Positions 51,761 to 60,289 of a DNA stretch of 64,000 nucleotides are shown in pieces. Below the pieces are notes generated by a model. The model was not told where the DNA came from, did no database searches, and saw only the letters and a program-made list of their open reading frames with translations. The translations under genes and the position numbers were made by a program. How positions within the stretch are numbered: position 1 is the first letter of the stretch; each line of letters begins with the position of its first letter. This DNA is from an uncultured bacterium (GTDB lineage Bacteria > Chlamydiota > Chlamydiia > Chlamydiales > CAZBXE01): NCBI GenBank assembly GCA_964496125.1, contig CAZBXE010000005.1, positions 86,084 to 150,083 of the forward strand, given 5' to 3'.

Positions 51761-51895
51761 ATGAAAAAAGTGATGATGAGAGGGTTGTTTATTAGCCTGC
51801 TCATGGTTATGGCCCTATTTGAGGAGTGCCCAGAAGGACGTTGTCCAGGCGGTCAGTGTGGACCAAGCGGGTGCGCAACTCGAAGCCACGAGTAA
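51761..51895 (+). CDS. Cysteine-rich microprotein (44 aa), not in the supplied track
   Basis: AAGGGGA Shine-Dalgarno 6 nt upstream. MKKVMMRGLFISLLMVMALF hydrophobic leader followed by EECPEGRCPGGQCGPSGCATRSHE. Confidence 0.45.
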   Translation: MKKVMMRGLFISLLMVMALFEECPEGRCPGGQCGPSGCATRSHE

Positions 51896-51984
51896 AAAAG
51901 GAAGAAAATTACAAAAAACCGCCGCTTTTCTCGTAGATCAGCGGCACAATTAACCCCATCTAAACAAAGGAATGGAGGATCTCT

Positions 51985-52236
51985 ATGGACCTGATGAAGA
52001 AATTGACTGCAGTAGTAGTAGCAGTCGCTATGATGACAAGCTCTGCTAACGTTTTGAATGCAGCAGAGTGCAAAGCATGTTGCGAAGAAACTTGTGGATA
52101 TACTGATTGCTGCAACGCATTCAGCGTTTCCCCTGTTCTCGCTTTTGGTGCTATTGCGCTGCTCGCCGTAATCGCGATTACTGTGCAAAACAACCACAAC
52201 GTTTGCTGCAAAGATTCAAACCACGCTAGCCCCTAA
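51985..52236 (+). CDS. Cysteine-rich small membrane/secreted protein (83 aa)
   Basis: GGAGG Shine-Dalgarno. Signal-like MKKLTAVVVAVAMMTSSANVLNA, a Cys cluster (ECKACCEETCGYTDCC), a TM helix, and a VCCK tail. It is better supported than the two antisense ORFs in the track. Confidence 0.6.
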   Translation: MDLMKKLTAVVVAVAMMTSSANVLNAAECKACCEETCGYTDCCNAFSVSPVLAFGAIALLAVIAITVQNNHNVCCKDSNHASP

Positions 52237-52272
52237 GGATTAGCAGGTTGCTTTGTATCCAAGCACAATCAA

Positions 52273-52309
52273 AATGGTAAAAAGCGCACTTTGCTTTTTA
52301 CCATTTTTT
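52273..52309. terminator. Bidirectional terminator between convergent genes
   Basis: AATGGTAAAAAGC-gcacttt-GCTTTTTACCATT (13-bp stem) flanked by A and T runs. Confidence 0.75.
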
Positions 52310-52858
52310 TTATAGAGCGTTTGGACCAAACCTTGTAGGGCGCAAATTTCGACTGAAAACACTTATAGTGTTTGTTTTGGCATTTGTAACCTGTATCGTT
52401 TGGATCCGATCAGCCCCGAAAAGAGCATGTACGAGAGGAGATTGTTCAGCTCGTGGCCTTTTATAAATCTCACCAACTGATCTGCATTCCTTGGATTCCT
52501 GGACAATAAATTTAATGGCCTGACTTGTTGTTTTAGAGCTTGTTGTATAGATGTCCAAAATAGGCCTTGTTCCTTCAAACGAAATCTCAAAACTTGCCTG
52601 ATGGTCATCTTTTGTTTGAAAACTAAGCTTTTTGTAAGCCCGAGTTTGCATAAAGGCAAGGAGCACGCTAGCGTCACCTTCCGAAAGCGGGGGCTGAGGA
52701 TGGCGCAATTTCCCAATTTCATGAAAGATAAACTGCCCTAGTTCCCAAGTTTTGGGATCCTGGGGCTTTAAAATTTGCCTTGAAGGTGTAACGATCTGTG
52801 AACAAACGGTCTGCACAAGGCCACGGACTGACTTTTCAATAGTAACAAAAAAAGACAT
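52310..52858 (-). CDS. Hypothetical protein (182 aa)
   Basis: Longest ORF in the interval, with no motif recognised. Confidence 0.55.
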   Translation of the reverse strand: MSFFVTIEKSVRGLVQTVCSQIVTPSRQILKPQDPKTWELGQFIFHEIGKLRHPQPPLSEGDASVLLAFMQTRAYKKLSFQTKDDHQASFEISFEGTRPILDIYTTSSKTTSQAIKFIVQESKECRSVGEIYKRPRAEQSPLVHALFGADRIQTIQVTNAKTNTISVFSRNLRPTRFGPNAL

Positions 52859-52974
52859 GTAAAATCCCTTGAGTTATAAGTACTTGGGGAAAGATGTTAC
52901 CCGGTTTCGCTCAATTTTGCAACAAAAATTGGCGGTCCCTTGAGTTTCGAAATAAAGGCATTGTAGACAGGGGA

Positions 52975-54474
52975 TCAGATGGGTTCGAAATGCAAGGGAG
53001 CAATGCGAGGGACAAGCTCCTCCACGTGGGTCGCCAGGTCAGGCTGCTCTGCGTACACCCCTTCCATAAAAGAGGAAAGCCAATGGTAGATGTCATTATG
53101 CGAAAGAATGGCCTGCAACTTCTCCATCCTTTTCTGCCTCTCATGAAGCGGCATTCTATACGCCTTATAAATCGCCTCAGACATCGCCTTTAAGTCATAA
53201 GGGTTCACAAGAAGGGCTCCCACCTTAAGCTCGGCAGCAGACCCTGCAAATTCGCTGAGAATTAAGACCCCATTCTTTTTCAGATTACATGCGCAATACT
53301 CCTTCGAAATCAGATTCATTCCGTCGCGAAGAGGGGTCACAATCGCAATGTCTGCTGCCCGCAAATAGGCAACAAGCTGACTTCTTGGAAGCGCCCTATA
53401 AAAGTAGTGAATCGGCGTCCATCCTGGTACTCCTAACTCTCCATTTACCTGGCTCACAAGCTGCTCAACGTGTTGCTTTATTTTTTCATACTCCTCCACA
53501 CCACTACGACTAGGAACTACCACTTGTACAAAGCAAATCTTTCCTCGCATCTCAGGGTGTTTTTTCAAGGCCGCCCAGTATGCTTCAATCCTCTCTGGAA
53601 TCCCTTTTGTGTAATCCAAACGATCTACGCCGAGGAGTATCTTCTGGCCCGGAAATTCCGCCTGAAAACTCTCTGAGCGAAGTGACATTTCGGGAGACGA
53701 AGATAGGGAGACAAAATGCTTGTAATCAATGCTAATCGGAAACACCCCTACACGCACAGTGCGGTCGTCGAAAACAAGATCTCGAAGAGCTCCTTTTCCG
53801 GTAATTTTGACCCCCTTGTTTTGCACCCTTCTAAATGCCTCTAGGAGGTTGCGAAAGTCGTTCATGGTCTGTACCCCTAATAAATCATATTCGAGCAGCC
53901 CCTGCAAAACTTCAGCCCTCCACGGCAATTTACAGAAGACATCTGCAGGAGGAAACGGAATATGAAGAAAAAAGCCAAGCTTTCTCTTTTCGTGGAGTTG
54001 TCGCTTTAGGTAATGCCCAACTCCCATCAAATGGTAATCTTGCACCCAAACATAATCATCCTCTGTCGTTACCGCAGCGACCTCTTCTGCAAACTTCAGA
54101 TTCACCCTTTTATAGATATCCCAGTACTCTGATTTGAAATTACATCTTGTTTCAAAACTATGAAAAAGAGGCCAGATAATTGCGTTTGCAAAGCCGTCGT
54201 AATACCCCTTTTTCTCCTCCTCTGTCAGAGCCACAGGGTGAAGGGTATAGCCAGCATCTTTACCAATCGGCTCTAAATTCCTGGCAGTCCCATGTCCATC
54301 TGCCAATCCCGGCCAACCAATCCAAGCTCCCCCATTTTGTTTCATGATAGGATTGAGTGCGGTAACAAGCCCCCCCGCGCCGGGATGCGTCTTCTTAAAC
54401 CCTCTCGCTTCCGGTTTCAGAATCAAGGGTAGGCGGTTCGAAACAACCACAAGGCGAGATGTTTTTCTCTCCAT
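52975..54474 (-). CDS. otsA: Alpha,alpha-trehalose-phosphate synthase (GT20)
   Basis: VVSNRLP, WIGWPG, VWVQDYHL, FLHIPFP, and the LVTPLRDGMNL-like IVTPLRDGMNLISKEY. Its ATG overlaps the otsB stop (TAATG). Confidence 0.92.
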   Translation of the reverse strand: MERKTSRLVVVSNRLPLILKPEARGFKKTHPGAGGLVTALNPIMKQNGGAWIGWPGLADGHGTARNLEPIGKDAGYTLHPVALTEEEKKGYYDGFANAIIWPLFHSFETRCNFKSEYWDIYKRVNLKFAEEVAAVTTEDDYVWVQDYHLMGVGHYLKRQLHEKRKLGFFLHIPFPPADVFCKLPWRAEVLQGLLEYDLLGVQTMNDFRNLLEAFRRVQNKGVKITGKGALRDLVFDDRTVRVGVFPISIDYKHFVSLSSSPEMSLRSESFQAEFPGQKILLGVDRLDYTKGIPERIEAYWAALKKHPEMRGKICFVQVVVPSRSGVEEYEKIKQHVEQLVSQVNGELGVPGWTPIHYFYRALPRSQLVAYLRAADIAIVTPLRDGMNLISKEYCACNLKKNGVLILSEFAGSAAELKVGALLVNPYDLKAMSEAIYKAYRMPLHERQKRMEKLQAILSHNDIYHWLSSFMEGVYAEQPDLATHVEELVPRIAPLHFEPI

Positions 54475-55277
54475 TAGGCCTCCCCCCAGGCATCAAAAAA
54501 ATGAAAAAGCTCCTCGGGGGGCCTGAGCCACACATCTGCTGATGTTTCCCTTTTTTCAGATGCAACAAGAATAGACGCCCCCCTGCCTTTCAAGGCTTTA
54601 AAGGCGTATTCATCTGTAAGGTCATCTCCCAAATACACACAAGGCACAGAAGGCCCCACCTCTTCTAGAAGCGCCTCTACCACATGCCCTTTATTCATCG
54701 AAGAACTCTTAAGCTCAAGACCTTGGTCAAAAGGCAGAACCTCGACACCGCCTTTTGCTGCAAAAGGCAAGAAAATCTCCCAAGCCCGCGCCTCTAATTC
54801 GAAAGAATTCTCTCTCCCCCTCCAGTGCACACCGATCGAGCCTCGCTTTTTTTCCATGTACTCTCCCAAATGGTGCCTTTGCAAGAGCTGCTCTGCTCGC
54901 TCAAGAACCCTCTTTACCTCTACTTTCAAGGATTTGCGTTTGATGCGAGTTTTTCCCCTCTCTTTTTTTTCAAGGCCATGGCAACCCCAAACTTCAAGTT
55001 CTTTAGCTGCAGGAAAAAGAGGAATAAGGGTTTCAATTTCGCGGCCCGTAACGATCACAATACGAGTCTTTTCCCCTTTAGCAATCGCTCCCAGTTTCTC
55101 CTCAATACCAGGATAAGGAAAAGCTTGCATGCGATCGAGCTGAAAAGGCGCAAGCGTTCCATCATAGTCGAGCATTAAGAGAGCTTCATTCGTCTGAGAG
55201 AGCAGCTCCCAAAAGGAGGGGTCAAAATAACAACTCATACCCCCCCTATAACACGAGGGAATACTAATGCCAACCAA
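54474..55277 (-). CDS. otsB: Trehalose-6-phosphate phosphatase (HAD)
   Basis: HAD motif I LMLDYDGTLAP, motif II IVTGR, and motif IV-like YLGDDLTDE. Confidence 0.88.
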   Translation of the reverse strand: MVGISIPSCYRGGMSCYFDPSFWELLSQTNEALLMLDYDGTLAPFQLDRMQAFPYPGIEEKLGAIAKGEKTRIVIVTGREIETLIPLFPAAKELEVWGCHGLEKKERGKTRIKRKSLKVEVKRVLERAEQLLQRHHLGEYMEKKRGSIGVHWRGRENSFELEARAWEIFLPFAAKGGVEVLPFDQGLELKSSSMNKGHVVEALLEEVGPSVPCVYLGDDLTDEYAFKALKGRGASILVASEKRETSADVWLRPPEELFHFFDAWGEA

Positions 55278-55280
55278 GAA

Positions 55281-55973
55281 TCAATCGTCCGATAATTCTA
55301 CGGCTCGATCCTTTAGTTTTCTGGCCTCTCTTTTGATAAAATCTTTATCCTCTTTCTGGATCAAGATCTTCTCGGAAACAGCGCCAGCTTTGATAGTCAC
55401 CTCTTTCCAAGCAGAGGAAAGACACTTTAGAAAAAGGTATTTAATGCGGGAAAATAGGCTGCGGGATCGGTAGATGTGGCAATACTTCTTATCCGAACTA
55501 ACAGAGAATGATCCCCATATGTTTTTAAAGGTCTGCTGCTGCAAATTTTTTTCAGGAAAACGAAAGAATTCCATTCCTATACCTGAGGCATAAGCTTCAT
55601 GATCGATAAGGATTGCAACGGGAAACGACTTGCCGAAAACTAATGCAATATCAGTATTAACTGGAGCACTCAACCTTGTGTAGGCTAAAATTTTTCTTGG
55701 CGCTATTTTGTCTCCCTGATCTAAATAGACTGTTTGCCAAAGCCAGGGAAGCACCCACTCTTTTAAGAGGCCTGTGCAAGATGAAAACAGGTCCTTTGGA
55801 ATATGTAAGTAGAGAGAACGCTCGTTTACTCTCATATTGGCAGATCTGCTCCAACCAAAAAACTCAAAACTTATAACTGGCTTGGCCTTTACAGTATCGC
55901 AAGTTCCAAAAAAACTTGGGATCTGCGTAACACTTCCTTTAAACTCAGTTTTTGAAAAACCTATAATCGTCAT
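55281..55973 (-). CDS. Hypothetical protein in the ots operon (about 230 aa)
   Basis: Same strand, 3 nt upstream of otsB. The track ORF overlaps the upstream gene by 106 nt, so I start at the internal Met (MTIIGFSK). No recognisable motif. Confidence 0.55.
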   Translation of the reverse strand: MTIIGFSKTEFKGSVTQIPSFFGTCDTVKAKPVISFEFFGWSRSANMRVNERSLYLHIPKDLFSSCTGLLKEWVLPWLWQTVYLDQGDKIAPRKILAYTRLSAPVNTDIALVFGKSFPVAILIDHEAYASGIGMEFFRFPEKNLQQQTFKNIWGSFSVSSDKKYCHIYRSRSLFSRIKYLFLKCLSSAWKEVTIKAGAVSEKILIQKEDKDFIKREARKLKDRAVELSDD

Positions 55974-56023
55974 GATACACTCGTAAAACGCGAAAAAACG
56001 AGGAATTTTAGAAAAACCAATGT

Positions 56024-56908
56024 TTACTGTAAACCTTTCGTTTTTCTCAACCAAGCGTGGCAAGAGACATATGCATAACCTTCCCTCCGGTATCGCTCTA
56101 TATCGTCTAGATAAGGAGAGTTCAACCATTTAAGCGGACGAAGGGTCACCTGATTAGTTTTTGCAAACGCAAAATTAAAATAAAGCTCATATTCTGAGGC
56201 GTGATACTGGTAAGGATGCAAATTAGGGATAAATTTACAAAAGGCTTCAAAAAAACTGCAGCCATGTGTCTTCTCTACGAGTGCAAATAAATCTTGCACT
56301 ATAGACCTTTGAAAAAGCATATGGTGACAAATGCCAGAATGGTTGGGAAATACTTTTTTAAAACCAGGCAAAAGCTTAACCGCGTGGTCAAAGTAATCTC
56401 TTACATACTCAGTTCCAGTAGCATAGTTGCCACCATGGTTTGTATTAAGAAACCGAACATCATGTAGAAAAATCGTGTCTGCATCTAATATTAAGACATT
56501 GGATGAAATCTCAGGGATGACTAGAGGGGCATAAAGCTTGAGAAGCTGCTGGTAATACCAGCCCACTTTTTGCTCAGTTGGTTTTTTTTTGTTTTTCTTG
56601 TTAACGAGTTTGATCATGTCGTCTTTCGCAAAGGGGAATCCCGCTTCATCAAACCACTCCGCATTCTCTGTAAACCTGCTGGGTGAAACGACAATGATTC
56701 TTCGGACGTTCGCACAATATTTTTTTATCCCTTCAATACAGGGCTCTAAAGTCAGATCTGCATCCTTTCTACAACAAGGAATGACAACATCGATTGGTTC
56801 ATCATTCAGCTCATAACTTCTCTTTTGCCAAAGCTGCGTCTGCTGGCGCGCCTCTGTCATCGCAAAGGTAAAGAATGTACATAGAAAAAATAAAAGAAGG
56901 CGTTGCAT
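56024..56908 (-). CDS. Putative membrane-anchored nucleotide-sugar (GT-A, DxD) transferase
   Basis: N-terminal signal/anchor MQRLLLFFLCTFFTFAMT. IDVVIPCCRKD (Rossmann-like start), GWYYQQLLKL, and the LILDADTIF DxD motif. Confidence 0.6.
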   Translation of the reverse strand: MQRLLLFFLCTFFTFAMTEARQQTQLWQKRSYELNDEPIDVVIPCCRKDADLTLEPCIEGIKKYCANVRRIIVVSPSRFTENAEWFDEAGFPFAKDDMIKLVNKKNKKKPTEQKVGWYYQQLLKLYAPLVIPEISSNVLILDADTIFLHDVRFLNTNHGGNYATGTEYVRDYFDHAVKLLPGFKKVFPNHSGICHHMLFQRSIVQDLFALVEKTHGCSFFEAFCKFIPNLHPYQYHASEYELYFNFAFAKTNQVTLRPLKWLNSPYLDDIERYRREGYAYVSCHAWLRKTKGLQ

Positions 56909-57015
56909 ACGTAAATGCTATACCTTAAAACCACCCTTTAATGCAATTTAAAAAACGTCTTCTTACCCTGAAAACACTTGAAATGAATAACCTTTTTTCC
57001 TAAAATCCCGAGACA

Positions 57016-58296
57016 ATGAACACAGACAGATTCCGAAAAAACCACTTTGCCCCATTAGCATGGGAAACTATTACACCGGATAAACATATACAAAAAACAG
57101 GTAAAACTGGTACAGATCAAGATCGTCTATCTAAAATCCCCGTTGAACTTCTGCTTATGATTTTTCAGCGTTCATCTATAGGAGACCTTTTGATGGTAAG
57201 GCAGGTCTCTCGCTTTTTTAGATCTATCATAGACAATAGCGATCACGTCTGGAAGCAGCGAGGCTTGCCAGTTGACGTGAAAAAATTAAAGCAACGCTTT
57301 CTCTTTCTAAAGCAGCTTACAAGAACAGCAAGAGTTGTGCAACAGAGCTTTTCACTTCGCTCGCTACATCATCTCAGCGACTTTCCCTTCACCCTCTCCT
57401 CATTTACGCACTATGCCCCGAATGTGCCTGTCTACGCCCTTCTTGAAGGCGACAAATTGGGTCCTAGCATAAAAATCCTCAGATACTTAGCTGGGGACCT
57501 GCTTCTAGATAAAGTCTACGAAAATTTTATAACCACAAAACTGGCATGGGGGGGGCTCCGAATAGTCCGACAGACTCCTGAGATAATTCGATTATCCCTG
57601 TCTACAGTCTATCGTTTTAGAACACTTTGTATGTTAAACCTCAGCAAATGTAATCTCCAAGACTGTCCCAAAGAAGTTGGCGCTCTTGCAAACCTAAAGA
57701 TGCTTGATCTTCGATGGAATATGTTTAGAGAACTTCCTGCTCAATTAGGAAACATTACAAAACTTCGATGGCTTTGCGTGTCGAATAACCACTTGACGAC
57801 CCTCCCTTCTACACTTGGAAAGCTGATAGCGCTAACCTCCCTCAACCTATCAGAAAATGCGTTGACGGCGGTCCCAAATGCAATAGCTCAGCTAAGCCGT
57901 CTAAAAATATTACTCATTTCCCACAATAAGCTCGAAAAGGTTCCGCCCGAAATAGGAAACCTTAAAGATCTCAAACAACTTTCAGTCGCACATAACGCGC
58001 TCTCTTCGCTACCCCAAGAAATCGGGGGATTGACTTCTCTTGAAGTGCTTAATGCAAACAATAATAGGCTCTCTAGTCTCCCGAGTGGAATAGGTAGTCT
58101 TTTGCAACTAAAGAGGTTTTTCGTGCAAAACAATCATATCAAAGATCTACCGAATACGTTTGCAAATCTCACATCACTTGTTGTTCTGGATCTTCAAGGC
58201 AACAGTCTCTCTAAGCTCCCCCCTGGTATTGCGGGTTTTACAGCGCTTACCAAACTGTATATCCAACGAAATAATTTTGTTGCAGAGCACAGATGA
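57016..58296 (+). CDS. F-box plus leucine-rich-repeat protein (eukaryotic-like SCF adaptor mimic)
   Basis: aa 38-80 (LSKIPVELLLMIFQRSSIGDLLMVRQVSRFFRSIIDNSDHVW) fit the F-box consensus. aa ~200-420 contain about nine 23-residue LxxLxxLxLxxNxLxxLPxxIGx repeats. Confidence 0.85.
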   Translation: MNTDRFRKNHFAPLAWETITPDKHIQKTGKTGTDQDRLSKIPVELLLMIFQRSSIGDLLMVRQVSRFFRSIIDNSDHVWKQRGLPVDVKKLKQRFLFLKQLTRTARVVQQSFSLRSLHHLSDFPFTLSSFTHYAPNVPVYALLEGDKLGPSIKILRYLAGDLLLDKVYENFITTKLAWGGLRIVRQTPEIIRLSLSTVYRFRTLCMLNLSKCNLQDCPKEVGALANLKMLDLRWNMFRELPAQLGNITKLRWLCVSNNHLTTLPSTLGKLIALTSLNLSENALTAVPNAIAQLSRLKILLISHNKLEKVPPEIGNLKDLKQLSVAHNALSSLPQEIGGLTSLEVLNANNNRLSSLPSGIGSLLQLKRFFVQNNHIKDLPNTFANLTSLVVLDLQGNSLSKLPPGIAGFTALTKLYIQRNNFVAEHR

Positions 58297-58310
58297 TTTT
58301 CATTGAAGAT

Positions 58311-58898
58311 TTAAATGTAGTGCTGAAAAAGAAGAAAAAGCGCGAGAAAAAAACCCACACAGACAGCAATCAAAAGATAGCCCAAACAAATAAAGAGCCC
58401 ATCATCTTCTGTCATTCCAAAACTAATGAGCAAAATGGGCCAAGAAACGAGCATATTACTAAAAGGTATGGGAAGCGGAAGAGCAAGCACAACTCCCAGG
58501 ATCGCGATTAAAACTCCATTCAACACGTGAACAACAGGATTCTCGGAAAGATACGCAAGCCTTATTGCGGTAAAGTTTTGGGCTTTCTGATTGACCCAGG
58601 AAGCTGCCTGAACAACCTTGATAAGAACATCGCGAGACACCTTCTTTGCCAGAATAAATTGAGGAAGTAAGATATGATGCCCAAAGGCCATTCTGAGTCC
58701 AATGAAAATTACAAGAAAGCCAAATGGAGTCGAGAGACCGGGGATTTGGATGGGTTGGCAGAAAGGAATGATGAAAAGAATCAAGATCATAGGAAGCCCA
58801 CGGCCTGAAAGAAGACGAATAATTTCTTCTATAGAAAGGGGGCCTTTCTCAGCCTCTTTCAGAAGCTGAGTGAATGTTTCTTCAAGCGTTCGGTTCAT
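58311..58898 (-). CDS. exoD: ExoD-family membrane protein (exopolysaccharide synthesis-associated)
   Basis: LSIEEIIRLLSGRGLPMILILFIIPFCQPIQIPGLSTPFGFLVIFIGLRMAFG matches the ExoD family pattern, with 4-5 TM helices. 4-nt overlap with the nuoN stop. Confidence 0.7.
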   Translation of the reverse strand: MNRTLEETFTQLLKEAEKGPLSIEEIIRLLSGRGLPMILILFIIPFCQPIQIPGLSTPFGFLVIFIGLRMAFGHHILLPQFILAKKVSRDVLIKVVQAASWVNQKAQNFTAIRLAYLSENPVVHVLNGVLIAILGVVLALPLPIPFSNMLVSWPILLISFGMTEDDGLFICLGYLLIAVCVGFFLALFLLFQHYI

Positions 58899-60289
58899 TG
58901 GATAACATGAAGCAAAGGGCCAGGATAAAAGGCTAGTACAACAAGCCCTGCCAAGGCAAGAAGAGCAAGTCCATCCGCTGCACGGAGCCTTACAACTCGA
59001 GACGTCTCGACTTGCTTATCAGAGAAAATAGAACTTACAATTCTTACGTAGTAATACGCGGAGAAAAGAGAAACAAGTAACCCCAAAGACCCAAGAAAGA
59101 AGTATCCAGCATGAAATGTAATCTTTAACACATAAAATTTCGCAAAAAAACCAGCTGTCGGAGGAATTCCGGCTAAAGTCAAAAGACAAAGGGCAAGGAC
59201 GCATGCCAAGAAAGGTTCTCTCTGATAGAGACCTGTTGCCGAGCGCAAAAAGGCCCCTTCTTTTCCTTGGTCGAGAGACTGAAAGACCGCAAAAGAGCCA
59301 AAGGTTGCTAGAGCATAGATAACAAGATAAAATAAAACCGCTGACTGCGCCTCGGGGGTCCCGGCAACAAATGGCATTAAGAGAAAGCCCGCATGCGCAA
59401 TCCCCGAATAGGCAAAAAATCGTCTGAACTGCTGCTGCTGTATTGCCACAAGATTGGCAAAAACAAGTGTAAGGTAGGCACTATATGAAACCCCCTCTTT
59501 CCATAAGGGATCAAAGACAGGCAGATAGTGCAGAAAAACAACAGTAAAACAGGCAAAAGCAACACCCTTGCCCCCCACAGCTAGATAGGCCGTTACCGGC
59601 ATAGGAGCTCCTTCGTATACATCAGGCGCATAGAATTGAAAGGGAACTAAAGCAGCCTTAAAGGCAAACCCCAGAGTAATCAACCCTGTGCCCGCAAAAA
59701 AGAGGGTAAGGGCTGTCCCCTCTAACCCTTTATATCCTTCTGCCACAAGGGCAAGATTAGTTGTGCCAAGTGCTCCATAGAGAAGAGCAATCCCATAAAG
59801 AAGAAACGCTGTTGCAAAAGAGCCCATGATAAAATATTTAATTCCCGATTCACTCGCTCCGAGCCAGCTCTTCATGTAGGCGCAGAGGATATAAAGAGAG
59901 ATCGAAAAGATCTCAAGCCCCAAGAAAAGCACCAAAAAATCAGCGGCCATCCCTACAAGAATGGCTCCAAAGGTGGAGGCTGTGATTAGAAAGAAGTAAG
60001 ACGTTGTGTCTGCTTTAAACCGATGGAAAAATGACCTTGCCAAGAGAAGGGCAGCAAAGGCAACAGAGAGAAAGAAAAGGGTAAAAAAGCGCGCCAAAAA
60101 ATCAAAGCGTACCCAAGGCAAAAGAAGCGGATTCAGGCTTGGAGTTGCAATAAAGAGGGAAAACCCTGCCAAGATAATCGCTGCAAATGACACACTGAAG
60201 GCATGTCTATCCTGCACGAGGAGCAGAAGGAGGGATGAGAAAAAAAGGATGACAAGGGGAGCAAGAGAGACAAGATCATAGGCTGTCAT
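58895..60289 (-). CDS. nuoN: NADH-quinone oxidoreductase subunit N
   Basis: 464-aa polytopic antiporter-like subunit in the last position of nuoJKLMN, with the conserved K...YF..G and HAGF-type motifs. Confidence 0.88.
   Translation of the reverse strand: MTAYDLVSLAPLVILFFSSLLLLLVQDRHAFSVSFAAIILAGFSLFIATPSLNPLLLPWVRFDFLARFFTLFFLSVAFAALLLARSFFHRFKADTTSYFFLITASTFGAILVGMAADFLVLFLGLEIFSISLYILCAYMKSWLGASESGIKYFIMGSFATAFLLYGIALLYGALGTTNLALVAEGYKGLEGTALTLFFAGTGLITLGFAFKAALVPFQFYAPDVYEGAPMPVTAYLAVGGKGVAFACFTVVFLHYLPVFDPLWKEGVSYSAYLTLVFANLVAIQQQQFRRFFAYSGIAHAGFLLMPFVAGTPEAQSAVLFYLVIYALATFGSFAVFQSLDQGKEGAFLRSATGLYQREPFLACVLALCLLTLAGIPPTAGFFAKFYVLKITFHAGYFFLGSLGLLVSLFSAYYYVRIVSSIFSDKQVETSRVVRLRAADGLALLALAGLVVLAFYPGPLLHVIQ

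Noticed and set aside
51853-52211. Minus-strand ORFs 51853-52197 and 51960-52211 overlapping the 83-aa Cys-rich gene.
   Set aside because: They have no ribosome-binding site. The + strand ORF has GGAGG, a signal-like leader and a downstream terminator, so the minus-strand ORFs are treated as shadows.
58293-58511. 72-aa Lys-rich ORF (+) after the F-box gene.
   Set aside because: It is antisense to the well-supported ExoD-family gene, and its poly-K composition comes from reading a TTT/CTT-rich membrane gene backwards.
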